From: Candidatus Peribacteria bacterium
GTDB taxonomy: Bacteria > Patescibacteriota > Gracilibacteria > Peribacterales > Peribacteraceae
Length of the DNA stretch: 64,000 nt
Assembly: GCA_041691135.1 (NCBI GenBank)
Contig: JBEPVF010000007.1
Span: 13,377-77,376 of the forward strand
Direction: 5' to 3'
In this document: positions 27,976 to 37,980 of the stretch, piece by piece
Position numbering within the stretch: the stretch's first letter is position 1
Layout: each line of letters starts with the position of its first letter
Notes under the pieces: generated by a model
Seen by the model: only the letters and a program-made list of their open reading frames with translations
The model's database searches: none
What the model was told of the DNA's origin: nothing
Program-made: the position numbers and the translations under genes

Positions 27976-28085
27976 AAATCTCCCTCTCAAAATACTCGAC
28001 TTTATCTATTGCCTTAGATGTAAAACAGGAGTTTTCTAATCTCTAATTTAATTAGTTCAAGCAAAATTGTAATTCCCAAAACACT

Positions 28086-28958
28086 ATGGCACCACTACAC
28101 GAATCTCGGCAGGTCTATAAAGAAATCGCTCGCGAGAGCGAGGGACAAAGTGGCCACCAGCTTGCTGAAAAATTGCGCCAGCGAGGTGCGCAACTGAAAA
28201 CTATGCAGAGCGATACAAGTACTCGGTTAAAGCTGGTCGTTCCCGAAGCGCATTCATCGCAAGAATTACAAGATGAAGCGGGACAGACAGTGGAACGCAT
28301 GAGCGATGCAGACCGTCTCAAATATATGCGGCTCGTTGGAGTGGATGAGCAGGCACCTGCATCGACTGAAAAGATAGAAGCGGTAGCTGATGATCTAACG
28401 GAAGCGGCAGAGGATATTGACGACACTGTAGGCGACGCGACCATGGCGAAGTTGCCGGAGGGTGTCGCCGGTCAGGCGAACTTGGAACGACGCGGAAGCA
28501 AGCAAGTAGATCCGCTTAGTACACAGGGTCAAGACAGGTTGGTAAATCGTGAATTCGCCACAGGGGTGAATGTTCACGAAACATTCCATGAGAATCAAAC
28601 AGCTCCCAATGCCAATGCTGTCTCGATCGACGCTGCTGCTCAGGCTATAGAGTATGAACGTTTCCAAGCCAAGGTATTTGATGCCTCTCCAATCCCCAAT
28701 GATGAATTTGCCAATCATATCGAGTCGACTTCTCAAACATCGGATGATGTAGTCGATGCACATGAATTCATTGAGGCAGGGGCTATTGCGGCACAGATCG
28801 ACGCGGCGCCGCAGAGCTTTGATGGGCTGTCTAGCGAATACAAGACTCTCTACAGCAAAGTGACAGGGATGCTCGATCACAATCAGGTGCGTGATTTTTC
28901 CAAAGAAGGGGATATGGTTGGTTTTGCACAGGCAGTCGCTGAAAAACGAGCAGCGTAA
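28086..28958 (+). CDS. hypothetical acidic protein with HExxH motif (zincin-like?)
   Basis: 290 aa; NVHETFHENQ and downstream EFIEAGA. Confidence 0.65.
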   Translation: MAPLHESRQVYKEIARESEGQSGHQLAEKLRQRGAQLKTMQSDTSTRLKLVVPEAHSSQELQDEAGQTVERMSDADRLKYMRLVGVDEQAPASTEKIEAVADDLTEAAEDIDDTVGDATMAKLPEGVAGQANLERRGSKQVDPLSTQGQDRLVNREFATGVNVHETFHENQTAPNANAVSIDAAAQAIEYERFQAKVFDASPIPNDEFANHIESTSQTSDDVVDAHEFIEAGAIAAQIDAAPQSFDGLSSEYKTLYSKVTGMLDHNQVRDFSKEGDMVGFAQAVAEKRAA

Positions 28959-28968
28959 CCGGATTGTT

Positions 28969-29508
28969 TTATCTCACCAGATCCAAAAATTCCTGCCGGG
29001 TGCGGGCGTCGGATTTGAAGTTGCCGCGGACGTGGCTGGTCACGGCCTGGCTGTGCTGCTTCTCCACGCCGCGCATCATCATACATAAATGATTGGCTTC
29101 GATCACAACACCGATGCCCTTAGGCTGCAGAATCTGGTCCAAGGCGTCGCAGATCTGCTGACCCAAACGTTCTTGTACTTGGAGCCGGCGGGCGAACATG
29201 TCGACGATGCGGGGGATTTTGCTGAGGCCGATCACTTGTTTGCTTGGGATATAACCCACGTGCACTTTGCCGAAGAACGGCAGCAGGTGGTGTTCGCACA
29301 GCGAGTAGCATTCGATGTCCTTCACGATCACCATGCCGTCGGTATCAACTGGGTACAGGGCGCCGTTCACAAGTTCATCGAGGTTCTGCGTGTAGCCGGA
29401 GGTCAGAAACTTCATTGATTCTGCCGTGCGTTTAGGCGTGCCTTGGAGGCCGTCGCGGGACGGATCTTCGCCGATTTGCTCTAACAGCTGACGGTAGAGT
29501 TCTTCCAT
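28969..29508 (-). CDS. folE: GTP cyclohydrolase I
   Basis: [41 protein letters not shown] and HLCMMMRGV motifs. Confidence 0.97.
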   Translation of the reverse strand: MEELYRQLLEQIGEDPSRDGLQGTPKRTAESMKFLTSGYTQNLDELVNGALYPVDTDGMVIVKDIECYSLCEHHLLPFFGKVHVGYIPSKQVIGLSKIPRIVDMFARRLQVQERLGQQICDALDQILQPKGIGVVIEANHLCMMMRGVEKQHSQAVTSHVRGNFKSDARTRQEFLDLVR

Positions 29509-29566
29509 AGGTCGGAAAGTATGAGGGATACTGCGTATGGAAGCCAGACTATTCACCGCCAATCCT

Positions 29567-30832
29567 TTATCGCCCCGCTGCCCCCAATGCCGCTTTTACC
29601 AGTGAATCCAGTGTCTCGAACGGCACTGCGCCGCCGATTTCCTGTATATCACCGGTATTATTATTGATCAGGAAACTGGTGGGTGCACCGGCGATGTTGG
29701 CGTTGTCTGCAGCGCGCAGGGCGGTTCTGATTTTAAGGCCAAAGCGATGGTTCCCGATGCAGCTTGCGAGGGCGGCAGGATCTATAGTGGCTGCCAGTGC
29801 AGCTTCCTTGGCATCAAATTGTTCCTGGGCGTGGGCAGCGAACAGGAAAGCCCAAAAACCGTCGTCACCTTTTTGTGCTGCGGCACATTCAGCCGCTTCG
29901 GCCGCCACCGCGTCCGATGGGTACAGCATGGTCAGCGGAAAATGACGGAAGACCCAACTGACGTCATGTGGGTAGGCAGCCACTAATTTTTTCATATCGG
30001 GAGTGAAGTGCTTGGAGAACGGTTCGGTCATGCCGCCGTACTCGACAATCGTGATGGCGGCATCCGCCGGGCCGTAGCGGTGCTCAGTCGCCCGGACGGC
30101 TTGTATGAGTGGCTTGTCGGAGGTGGCCGGGACGACAGGGTTTGATGGGGTCGGTGGCACGGGAAGCGGCTTCTTCGGGGGTGTTTTGCTGGGAATGAGC
30201 GGGTCGATTCGCTTCTCCATTTCTTCCAAAGGCAGGGAGCCGTCTATTTCCAGCTGAGTTCCTGTTCTGTTGTTTACCAGGAAGCTGGTAGGTGTGCCGT
30301 TGATGCCGGGCTGAAGATGATCCGTGATAGCGGTTTGATTCTTCGTGTCAGCGATGCAGGCAGCGAACATAGTCGTATTCAACTTCTGGTCGGCAGCGAG
30401 TTTGCCCATATCAATGGTGTCCAAGGAATCAGCAGCGAAGAGTGCGTCGGCCATTCTCCAGTACGCACTGTTCCCTCCCTGGGCCACTGCGCATTCGGCA
30501 GCCACTGCAGCCGGCAGTGCCTGCGGGTGAATGCTTGTGAGGGGATAGTTGCGATACACCACGTTCAGGCGTCCGCGGTAATGACGGATCAGCTGTTTGA
30601 CAGTTGTGTGGTGGATTTTGCAGAACGGACATTCGAAATCCATGTACACAACCAGGCTCAATGGCGCTTCTTTGTTTCCCAGGATGTGATCCTTTGTCAG
30701 ATCCACTGACGGAACTGTAGTTGTCTGTTCGATGGCCGGCTTGGTCGCAGGGACTGTGGGTAACTGACGTGCGTAGCTCACAGTGGGCAACAGGCTCAGG
30801 GCGACGAAGGCGGAGAGAGGGAAGAAGCGCAT
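29567..30832 (-). CDS. exported protein with two DsbA-like domains
   Basis: Signal peptide; domain 1 DFECPFC...GTPT; domain 2 MTEPFS...GAPT. Confidence 0.88.
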   Translation of the reverse strand: MRFFPLSAFVALSLLPTVSYARQLPTVPATKPAIEQTTTVPSVDLTKDHILGNKEAPLSLVVYMDFECPFCKIHHTTVKQLIRHYRGRLNVVYRNYPLTSIHPQALPAAVAAECAVAQGGNSAYWRMADALFAADSLDTIDMGKLAADQKLNTTMFAACIADTKNQTAITDHLQPGINGTPTSFLVNNRTGTQLEIDGSLPLEEMEKRIDPLIPSKTPPKKPLPVPPTPSNPVVPATSDKPLIQAVRATEHRYGPADAAITIVEYGGMTEPFSKHFTPDMKKLVAAYPHDVSWVFRHFPLTMLYPSDAVAAEAAECAAAQKGDDGFWAFLFAAHAQEQFDAKEAALAATIDPAALASCIGNHRFGLKIRTALRAADNANIAGAPTSFLINNNTGDIQEIGGAVPFETLDSLVKAALGAAGR

Positions 30833-30916
30833 GAGAAAAGTATACGTCAGAAAAGCACGAAATCCGAAATTCGAAAAGACGTACCTTATTTTTTCGAGTT
30901 TCGTGCGTCGGATTTC

Positions 30917-31381
30917 CTATAAGACTATCTCTGTTTTTTCCAACTCCTGATCCTTCACGGTCGCAAGGAGCTCACTATAACCGGTGTCTTCTGGTAGGAG
31001 TTCTGTGAGCGGCTCGAGCACAAAGCGGCGCTCGCCCATACGTGGATGAGGAAGCTGCAAGCCCGGTTCGTTGAGCATAACATCGCCGTACAGGAGGAGA
31101 TCGAGATCGATCGTCCGGGGTCCGTCTTTGAATGGTGTTGCTTTGCCGAGTTGCCGTTCGATCTGTTGGAGCCGCGACAAGACATCGGCTGTTGTTTCGT
31201 CTGACTCAAAACCGGCCACGGCATTCAGAAAATCCGGTTGGTCCGTATAGCCTACCGGTGCTGTGCGATACACTGACGAGAAGCGAATAGCGGGCCAGTG
31301 GTCGCGCAATAAACCGGCCGCTGCATGCATGTTTGCTTCGGAATCGATATTGGAGCCGAGAGCGATGAAAATAGAAGTCAG
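30917..31381 (-). CDS. folK: 6-hydroxymethyl-7,8-dihydropterin pyrophosphokinase (HPPK); start codon non-canonical
   Basis: IALGSN (upstream of the first ATG), SSVYRTAPVG, QPDFLNAV, GPRTIDLDLLLY, LPHPRM and RRFVL motifs. Confidence 0.92.
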   Translation of the reverse strand: MTSIFIALGSNIDSEANMHAAAGLLRDHWPAIRFSSVYRTAPVGYTDQPDFLNAVAGFESDETTADVLSRLQQIERQLGKATPFKDGPRTIDLDLLLYGDVMLNEPGLQLPHPRMGERRFVLEPLTELLPEDTGYSELLATVKDQELEKTEIVL

Positions 31382-31391
31382 TGTTCAGAGG

Positions 31392-31745
31392 TCAGTGCTC
31401 AGTTGGACGAAAAATAGTTGCGGCGACAGAGCGGACGCCGGGGATCGGGAACTTCCAGACGGATACTTTGACCCCGCCGGCCGGTGTAAATTGTTTGAGG
31501 ATCATGGCTGCGATGTCTTCGGCCAGTGCTTCGATGGTCTTGCGTTCGGTTTTGGCGAGTTCCCGCACCTGCTGCGTCACGGCCAAATAGTCGATGCTTC
31601 GGGTAAGATCATCGTTTGTTCCAGCCGGAGACAGGTCCAAAAAGAGCTCGATGTTCACTGTCAGGCGTTGCTCCTTTTCGCGTTCCTCGTCGGCGATGCC
31701 GATACGAGTCCAGAGTTCGAGGCCGTCGATGAAGAGAGAATCCAT
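31392..31745 (-). CDS. folB: dihydroneopterin aldolase
   Basis: IGIADEEREKEQRL, DDLTRSIDY and TIEALAE motifs. Confidence 0.93.
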   Translation of the reverse strand: MDSLFIDGLELWTRIGIADEEREKEQRLTVNIELFLDLSPAGTNDDLTRSIDYLAVTQQVRELAKTERKTIEALAEDIAAMILKQFTPAGGVKVSVWKFPIPGVRSVAATIFRPTEH

Positions 31746-31812
31746 CTTGGAAAAGCACGAAGCACTCAATCCTAATGCTCTCCATAGGCTTCTACAACAG
31801 CAGTTGAGCGAA

Positions 31813-34245
31813 TTAGGACTTCGTCTCGTCGTCTCGCTTAATCCCGAACAGCTTGGGCTTTTCCGCCCAATGCGTCACCGCAAGGTGCCGTAGCATCCAG
31901 CGGGTGATGACGATGGCGGTGAAGAGGGACAGGAGCACGCCCAGAGCGAGGGTGACGGCGAAGCCACGGACGATGGAGGTGCCGATCGTGAACAGGATGA
32001 AGCAGGTGATGAGCGTCGAGACGTTGCCATCGCGGATGGCAGGCCAGGCGTACTGGAAGCTGGTTTCGACGGCCGTCTTGACCGACTTGCCTTTGCGAAG
32101 CTCTTCGCGCATGCGTTCGAATACGAGCACGTTGGCATCCACGGCCATGCCGATGCTAAGGATAATACCGGCCATGCCGGCTACGGTGAGCACGACGTAC
32201 GTGTGTGTGACAAGCAGCAACGGCAGCTTGAGCATCGCGAAGAAGATCATGGCGTACATCAGCAGTCCTACGTCGGCGACAAGGCCGAGCAGGCGGTAGC
32301 GCAGAATCATGTAGAGCATCAGGATTACCAGACCGATGAGCGCAGCATGCAATGAGGTGGCCAGAGCTGCGGAGCCGAGCGTGGCCTCTACCGTGTGCTG
32401 ACCGACCAGGTGGATCGGAGCGGGGATGGCGCCGGTATTCAGATCCTGGGCCAGGCTCTTGGCCTCGTCGAAGTTGCCGTTACCGGTGATGATGGCTGTG
32501 CCACCGGCGATTTCCGTCTGCACACGTGGGGCAGACACCAGCTCGCCGCCGACGAAAATGGCGATCTGCTTGCCGATGTTATTCTTGGTCAGTTCCTGGA
32601 ATAACTTGCCGCCTTCGGTGTCGAAGATGATCTGGACGACCGGAACTCCCGTTACCTGGTCGACAGTCACAGTTGCCGTGCGGAAATGTTTGCCGTCGAG
32701 CTGCGTGTCTTTCCAACCGGTGGGCTTGAGCGAGAAGAATAGCGTGCGCAGGTGGATGGCTTCCTCTTGATCGCGTACCTCGCCGGCCTGGAGCTTTTTA
32801 ATCAGGGCATCCGCCGTCTTGAGCGGCTCTTTGCCGGACAAAAGGAGGTCGTCATAACTCACGACATCAGGCGATTTGGTGGCAGCCTTATCAAGGCGAA
32901 TGATGTGGTAGCCGAATTGTGTTTCGAGTACCGGCGAGAGATCGCCGGGCTTCACCAGTTTGTACGCCGCCTGTTCGAAGGCCGGCACCATCACGCCGTG
33001 ACCGAAGGCTCCCAGTTTGCCGCCCTGCGCTTTCGATGGACCGTCGGACTCCGTCCGGGCGATCTGATCAAAACTCTCGCCCTTATCCAATCGCTGCTTG
33101 ATATCATTGATCTTCGCGAGGGCCTCCTGTTTGGTGCGGGTTACCGATTTGTCGGCATTTTCGGCGCCTTTGTACTGGATCAGGATGTGGCTTGCCTCGA
33201 TCTGCTCATCGCCCTTCGCGAACTCACGTTCGAATAGAATGTGTCCCTTGCCATCTTCCGTCTGCACGGACTTAAGGTCGCCCGGCTTCATGGCACGCAG
33301 AGTGCCGGTGATGCGTGCGCCCACTTTTTCGTCCAGCTTCTCTTTATCGTGGTACACGTACGATGCACCCGACTGCGCCTTAGTGAGGTAGGCGAATGCT
33401 TTAGGTGCTTCGGAGATCAAGCGGCCGGTCATGGTCTTGGGCTGCACCACTTCGGCGATGAAAATGCCGTCTACTGTTTCTTCCGTGGGCTTACCAGCGC
33501 TATCGGTCTGCGATACCTGTACCGATCCGTCATGCATCACGACCTTGCCAGGTTGCATGGTCCACAGATCCTCAAGCCCCTTTGGCAACGTATCCTGATA
33601 GAACATGCCATTATCGTTGTAGGCCATGCCGAGCTGTGTGCCGATATCCTGGCCTTCTTTGTTCAGTGTGGATCCGCTTTGCGTGATCGCTTTATAGGTG
33701 GCATCTGCTTTGGCACGAACGCCCGCTTTGTACTCATCCGTTGCCTGAGTGAATTCTTCTTTAAATTCAAGTTGGATCGTTTTGCCGACAACCTTGATGC
33801 ATTCCTGTACGTCCACGACGCCCGGACATTCTACGAGCAGGTGCTTCTCGTTGCCGAAATACGAAGGCGTAATTGTGGCTTCGCTCACACCGAGACCGTT
33901 GATACGGCGCTCAAGCACAACGCGGATCGCTTCCATCAGGTTCTGTTTCTGATCCTGAATGCTCTGGCGCTCAGCCTGCAGCTGCGCGAGGGCATTGCCA
34001 CCACCCTCTTGCTGGGCTGCGGCGATCTGTTTATCGAGGTCGGCCAACTGGCTGGTAATTTCTTCCTCGGAGATACGGAAATCGAGTTGCGTACCGCCGG
34101 CGAGATCCAATCCCAAATGCAGGCTGGGAGCCTGGATGAACGACGGCGCCCACTTCTTCCATTCCTGCGGCATGGCAACAAGCATCACTGCGATCGCCAC
34201 GATCACAGTAACAATAGGCCACAGAGGGGAACGACGCGCTGCCAT
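31813..34245 (-). CDS. secD: protein translocase subunit SecD with inserted parvulin (PpiC-type) PPIase domain
   Basis: LGLDLAGG, RRINGLGVSE, GMAVDANVLVFERMREE and VRGFAVTL; internal ASHILI...SDGPSKAQGGKLG...MVPAFEQAAY...TQFGYHII. Confidence 0.95.
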   Translation of the reverse strand: MAARRSPLWPIVTVIVAIAVMLVAMPQEWKKWAPSFIQAPSLHLGLDLAGGTQLDFRISEEEITSQLADLDKQIAAAQQEGGGNALAQLQAERQSIQDQKQNLMEAIRVVLERRINGLGVSEATITPSYFGNEKHLLVECPGVVDVQECIKVVGKTIQLEFKEEFTQATDEYKAGVRAKADATYKAITQSGSTLNKEGQDIGTQLGMAYNDNGMFYQDTLPKGLEDLWTMQPGKVVMHDGSVQVSQTDSAGKPTEETVDGIFIAEVVQPKTMTGRLISEAPKAFAYLTKAQSGASYVYHDKEKLDEKVGARITGTLRAMKPGDLKSVQTEDGKGHILFEREFAKGDEQIEASHILIQYKGAENADKSVTRTKQEALAKINDIKQRLDKGESFDQIARTESDGPSKAQGGKLGAFGHGVMVPAFEQAAYKLVKPGDLSPVLETQFGYHIIRLDKAATKSPDVVSYDDLLLSGKEPLKTADALIKKLQAGEVRDQEEAIHLRTLFFSLKPTGWKDTQLDGKHFRTATVTVDQVTGVPVVQIIFDTEGGKLFQELTKNNIGKQIAIFVGGELVSAPRVQTEIAGGTAIITGNGNFDEAKSLAQDLNTGAIPAPIHLVGQHTVEATLGSAALATSLHAALIGLVILMLYMILRYRLLGLVADVGLLMYAMIFFAMLKLPLLLVTHTYVVLTVAGMAGIILSIGMAVDANVLVFERMREELRKGKSVKTAVETSFQYAWPAIRDGNVSTLITCFILFTIGTSIVRGFAVTLALGVLLSLFTAIVITRWMLRHLAVTHWAEKPKLFGIKRDDETKS

Positions 34246-34434
34246 GCGGAAAGGGGAGGAAGTATCTCCTTCGGCTGGGTCATCGGCAAGATGACAATCC
34301 GAAAGTAGGTGGCACAGTAGCAGGAGAAGGGGTGAGGTCCAAGGCCAAGACGCCTAAAAATTTGAAACCTCATAGACAAGGAAAGCAATGAAACCGAGGA
34401 CAATTCCTTGGTTTCTTCGATTACGTCGGTTTCC

Positions 34435-35124
34435 TTATTTAGTCACCGGCACGTACTGCACGTGCAATCCTCGATTCACATCATCGGCAAAGATGGTGGC
34501 TATCTCCAGCGACGGAATGCCCGAGATACTGATGACGTCCATGGGCTTGTCGCTTTCCACCTGCATCACCGAGATAAGCTTATTGCGGACAAAGATTCCC
34601 AGTGTCTTGCCTTTATTATCCTTGAATACCTGGCTGAGCTGATCGCGGCCGGCCGGAGTGAAGTCCAAGCGTACTTCGGCTTTCGTATCGCCTGCAATGG
34701 GCGAAGCGGTTACCCAATCGAGCGACTTTTCGGTGATGCCGGTTTCGCTGAAACCCAGTTGCTTCCCGGTTCCCTGTACCGTTATATCCGCCGTCTTCGT
34801 ATCGTCATGTTCGGCCATGACCCGCAATTTGAAAGGAGACGTCAGAATATCGGTGAGGGTGGCAATGGCCTTGGGATCATCCAGTTTGATCTGGAGGACC
34901 GGATCGGTTGAGCTGGTGTCGATCGAATCTGCCACTATTTTCTTCTCCATACTTTCCACCACACGTTCGGCTACTTTCTTGGCTGCTTGCGTCAGCTCCG
35001 TTCGCTTTGCCGCATCTGTCGCATCAATTTTGAGGGTATAGCGAATAGTATCGCTGGAGGTCGCTGCTTTGGAGCAGGCGGTGACGAGTAACAGTGAACA
35101 GAAAAGGAGGGAGAGGCGTTTCAT
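34435..35124 (-). CDS. lipoprotein resembling the SecDF periplasmic P1 head domain
   Basis: Lipobox VTAC; VRLDFTPAGRDQLSQVFKDNKGKTLGIFV parallels SecD VQIIFDTEGGKLFQELTKNNIGKQIAIFV. Confidence 0.75.
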   Translation of the reverse strand: MKRLSLLFCSLLLVTACSKAATSSDTIRYTLKIDATDAAKRTELTQAAKKVAERVVESMEKKIVADSIDTSSTDPVLQIKLDDPKAIATLTDILTSPFKLRVMAEHDDTKTADITVQGTGKQLGFSETGITEKSLDWVTASPIAGDTKAEVRLDFTPAGRDQLSQVFKDNKGKTLGIFVRNKLISVMQVESDKPMDVISISGIPSLEIATIFADDVNRGLHVQYVPVTK

Positions 35125-35178
35125 CTGAGGAAGTGTAGGGGCCTCGGTCAGGGGATGCAATTTGATCCGGAGCCATCG

Positions 35179-36135
35179 TCAATTCGTCAGCACGGTTCCA
35201 GCCCGGATCATCTTTCCTGTCAGATCGACACCCTTCAGCCGGCAGTTTTCGTCAATCACACAGTTGCGGAGGACACAGTCGTCGATGTGGCAGTTGCTGA
35301 AGATGACGCAGTCCGTCAGTTCGCTCTTGGCCACTACGCTATCCCTGCCGACAAAAACGCAGCCATTGGTCTGTGTCTCCACGAGGGATGCCTGCGGATG
35401 GACGATGGTTTGTTGATCGATGAGCAATCTGTGCGCTTCCAAATACGCGGCGAACGAGCCGATGTCGAGCCATGGTTCGGTGAATCGGAAGCAACGGAGT
35501 GGAATGCCGCGGCGCAGAAACTCCTCAAAGATGCCGCCGACGTTATCGGGATGCTTGCGTGAAAATTCCACGAGGATAGGCAGATGTGCTTTGGGAATGA
35601 TGCAACAGCCGCTGCTGACCAGGCTTGTCTTCGGGTCTTTGGGCTTCTCCTCAAAACCCGCGATTGTGTCAGGATTACTGTCGTCAGTCAGCACCGTGCC
35701 GAAAGCTGCCGCTTTTTCCTTGCTGCCAATATCGAAGGCGGCAAGCAGCGGAGTGCCGTCCTGATAGGCATTCAAAAATTCTTCCATCGAGAAGCCCAGG
35801 TAGTTGTCGCCGGTCAGCAGGAGAATATCATCATCGATTTGTTTCGATTCGATCCACTCGCGCGTTGCGCCCAGCGCGCCGAGTTTATGGTCATCATGTT
35901 TGGTGTCTTCGATAATCAGCTCAATATCTTTGCGAGGTAAAAGAGCGAGCCATTCCTTAAAGTCTGTTTCGAAAGAAGCATTCGTACTGATACTGATGGG
36001 AATCTGTGCAGGGATTTTTTCCACCAGATATTCAATGATCGGTTTACCGGCAATAGGGAGAAGTGGCTTTGCTCGTTTCTCTGTTAATGGCCACAAACGA
36101 GTGGCAAAACCGCCGGCCAAAATAAATGCGTGCAT
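35179..36135 (-). CDS. NDP-sugar synthase / sugar-phosphate nucleotidyltransferase
   Basis: ILAGGFATRLWPLT, KPLLPI, FEEKP and WLDIG motifs; C-terminal left-handed beta-helix. Confidence 0.92.
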   Translation of the reverse strand: MHAFILAGGFATRLWPLTEKRAKPLLPIAGKPIIEYLVEKIPAQIPISISTNASFETDFKEWLALLPRKDIELIIEDTKHDDHKLGALGATREWIESKQIDDDILLLTGDNYLGFSMEEFLNAYQDGTPLLAAFDIGSKEKAAAFGTVLTDDSNPDTIAGFEEKPKDPKTSLVSSGCCIIPKAHLPILVEFSRKHPDNVGGIFEEFLRRGIPLRCFRFTEPWLDIGSFAAYLEAHRLLIDQQTIVHPQASLVETQTNGCVFVGRDSVVAKSELTDCVIFSNCHIDDCVLRNCVIDENCRLKGVDLTGKMIRAGTVLTN

Positions 36136-36142
36136 GAGAGAA

Positions 36143-36946
36143 TTATCGGAAAAACCACATCCATGGGTTTTGCTTAGGACTCACCATTGTCACTCCTTTT
36201 CCTTCGAGCGATTCAATTCGTTCATCACGTTCCACAATGCCCATGACTGACGGCAGAATTCCGTACGTGATTCCTCTGTTTCGACAGGCGGATAGCAGAT
36301 TGAGAGATTGCTCCAGATCGCTGCACTGGATCAGGTGAGTAATCTTTTTTGAAGTGAGTGTTTCTTCCAGCTTGTTCAGTTTTCCAAGCACCGGAACACC
36401 ATCGATGTCATTTTCCTTTGTACCCATGCCATCGAGTACAGCAACCGGACGCAGCGGATTTTTATGGCGGTTGAGTTGATGGATCAACTCTTTCGATTCG
36501 CGCGTCACGCCCACGATGAGCGTGGGAAACGTCGGAGGATCGCTCCACAGAGTAAGGCGCAGAATTTTCTCGTACACGATGTGCCAGAGCATGGTCAGCA
36601 GAAAGCTGAAGACCAGTGCTTCCAACAGCAACAGTCGGCTGAACGATGCTTTGTAGAGGAAGTAATACGCGAGGGCAAAGAAGGCAGTTCCGACGACTGT
36701 TGCGTACGCGACGTAGGCGGCATTGCGCGGTGTGGCCTGCCTTCGTGTGAGGGCGAACGTGCGGGTCGTCGCCAGAGCGAGGAGCCATAGCGGTGCGATG
36801 ACGGCGGCAATACCGATGTACTGCGAAAAGGGAAAATCAGTCGATACGAACGAACCGAGACGCAGGTAATAGGCGAGGGCGTACGAGGCCACGAACAGCA
36901 GCGCATCAGTGAGTAACCAGAGGAAAAGCATCATGTGATACCGCAT
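36143..36946 (-). CDS. N-terminal module of polyprenyl-phosphate sugar transferase (4 TM + Rossmann-like), no catalytic domain
   Basis: D..L in TM1, FSRLLL, TLIVG and GVPVLG motifs; ends at WFFR where the KR..D catalytic domain would start. Confidence 0.75.
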   Translation of the reverse strand: MRYHMMLFLWLLTDALLFVASYALAYYLRLGSFVSTDFPFSQYIGIAAVIAPLWLLALATTRTFALTRRQATPRNAAYVAYATVVGTAFFALAYYFLYKASFSRLLLLEALVFSFLLTMLWHIVYEKILRLTLWSDPPTFPTLIVGVTRESKELIHQLNRHKNPLRPVAVLDGMGTKENDIDGVPVLGKLNKLEETLTSKKITHLIQCSDLEQSLNLLSACRNRGITYGILPSVMGIVERDERIESLEGKGVTMVSPKQNPWMWFFR

Positions 36947-36994
36947 GGCGAAAGGATAGCCGAAGCGCACATCATCAAGAAGATGGTTTCTTCC

Positions 36995-37933
36995 TCAGTT
37001 CATGACCACCATATCTTCCTTCGCCGGCAATTTGGTCGCATCCCACGGGCGATTGTCTCCATCGGCGACATACGTGCCCTGCAGGACGGGGGTTTGCTCC
37101 GGCAGATACGTCTGCATCCAGCTCAGTTTTTGAGCGATGGCAACATTGTGTTTGGCCATCTCCTCAAATGCATCGGGCTGCGACAGGTACATGGCGACCG
37201 TGTCGGCGAATTCTTCTTCTTCGTCGGTGGCCGCGTAGCCGGTGACGAAGTCGGCATTCGTCGTGCCGACTTTCCATACTTTATTGGTGGACCACGAGAT
37301 CTGGAGGAACGACACAAGCGGCGCGTCGGCGGGGATCGGTGTGTTACCGTCCTTGAATGCACTCGGCGCGCTGCCGGATGTGCCGGCCAGACACGTCAGT
37401 CCCTGGAAGTGTCCCAGTGCTTCGTGCAGGAGAATTTTCTGGAGTTCACTCTTCGGCAGTGTGCCATCGATCATCACGACGCCTTTGCCGGCGAAACCGC
37501 GACTGGTAAGCGAGTGATTGTAGACGACGTAGAAGTTATCCAACTTAGCCAGACAATCGGGCGGTAACAGATTCAAAACCCGGGCGATCAGTTGTTGATC
37601 TTCGGGATGGATATCGGGTTGGTTGATGACCGCGGGGATGGATGTTGGATTGAGGAGCGATGCAGTGAGAGGAACAGGCGACGGCGTAGGTGCAGATGCA
37701 GGTTGCTCCTGGAGCGTGGCATTGCTGATGGGTAACGGAAGAATCACCTGTGGGTTTGGCTTGAGAACAAACGCGACCCGTATCAGCTTGGGATTTGTGG
37801 CCGCTTGGAGCAGAGGAGAAGCCGCGACTTCCCTTGATCCGTGCGTGCTGTCTGCTACGATAAGCAGTACCTGCAGCGAGAGCGTGACAACTCCAAGGAG
37901 GAAACCGGCAAGGACAGTCTGAGAGCGTTTCAC
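36995..37933 (-). CDS. putative zinc metallopeptidase-like exported protein
   Basis: N-terminal TM helix; LLHEALGH; FVTGYAATDEEEEFADT. Start uncertain (GTG 37933 avoids overlap with rlmD). Confidence 0.7.
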   Translation of the reverse strand: MKRSQTVLAGFLLGVVTLSLQVLLIVADSTHGSREVAASPLLQAATNPKLIRVAFVLKPNPQVILPLPISNATLQEQPASAPTPSPVPLTASLLNPTSIPAVINQPDIHPEDQQLIARVLNLLPPDCLAKLDNFYVVYNHSLTSRGFAGKGVVMIDGTLPKSELQKILLHEALGHFQGLTCLAGTSGSAPSAFKDGNTPIPADAPLVSFLQISWSTNKVWKVGTTNADFVTGYAATDEEEEFADTVAMYLSQPDAFEEMAKHNVAIAQKLSWMQTYLPEQTPVLQGTYVADGDNRPWDATKLPAKEDMVVMN

Positions 37934-37980
37934 GAATTTGGCTGATGGAAAGTATGAATTTATACTATAATCCTTATTAA

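Noticed and set aside
33241-34308. 355-aa plus-strand ORF
   Set aside because: Antisense shadow of secD.
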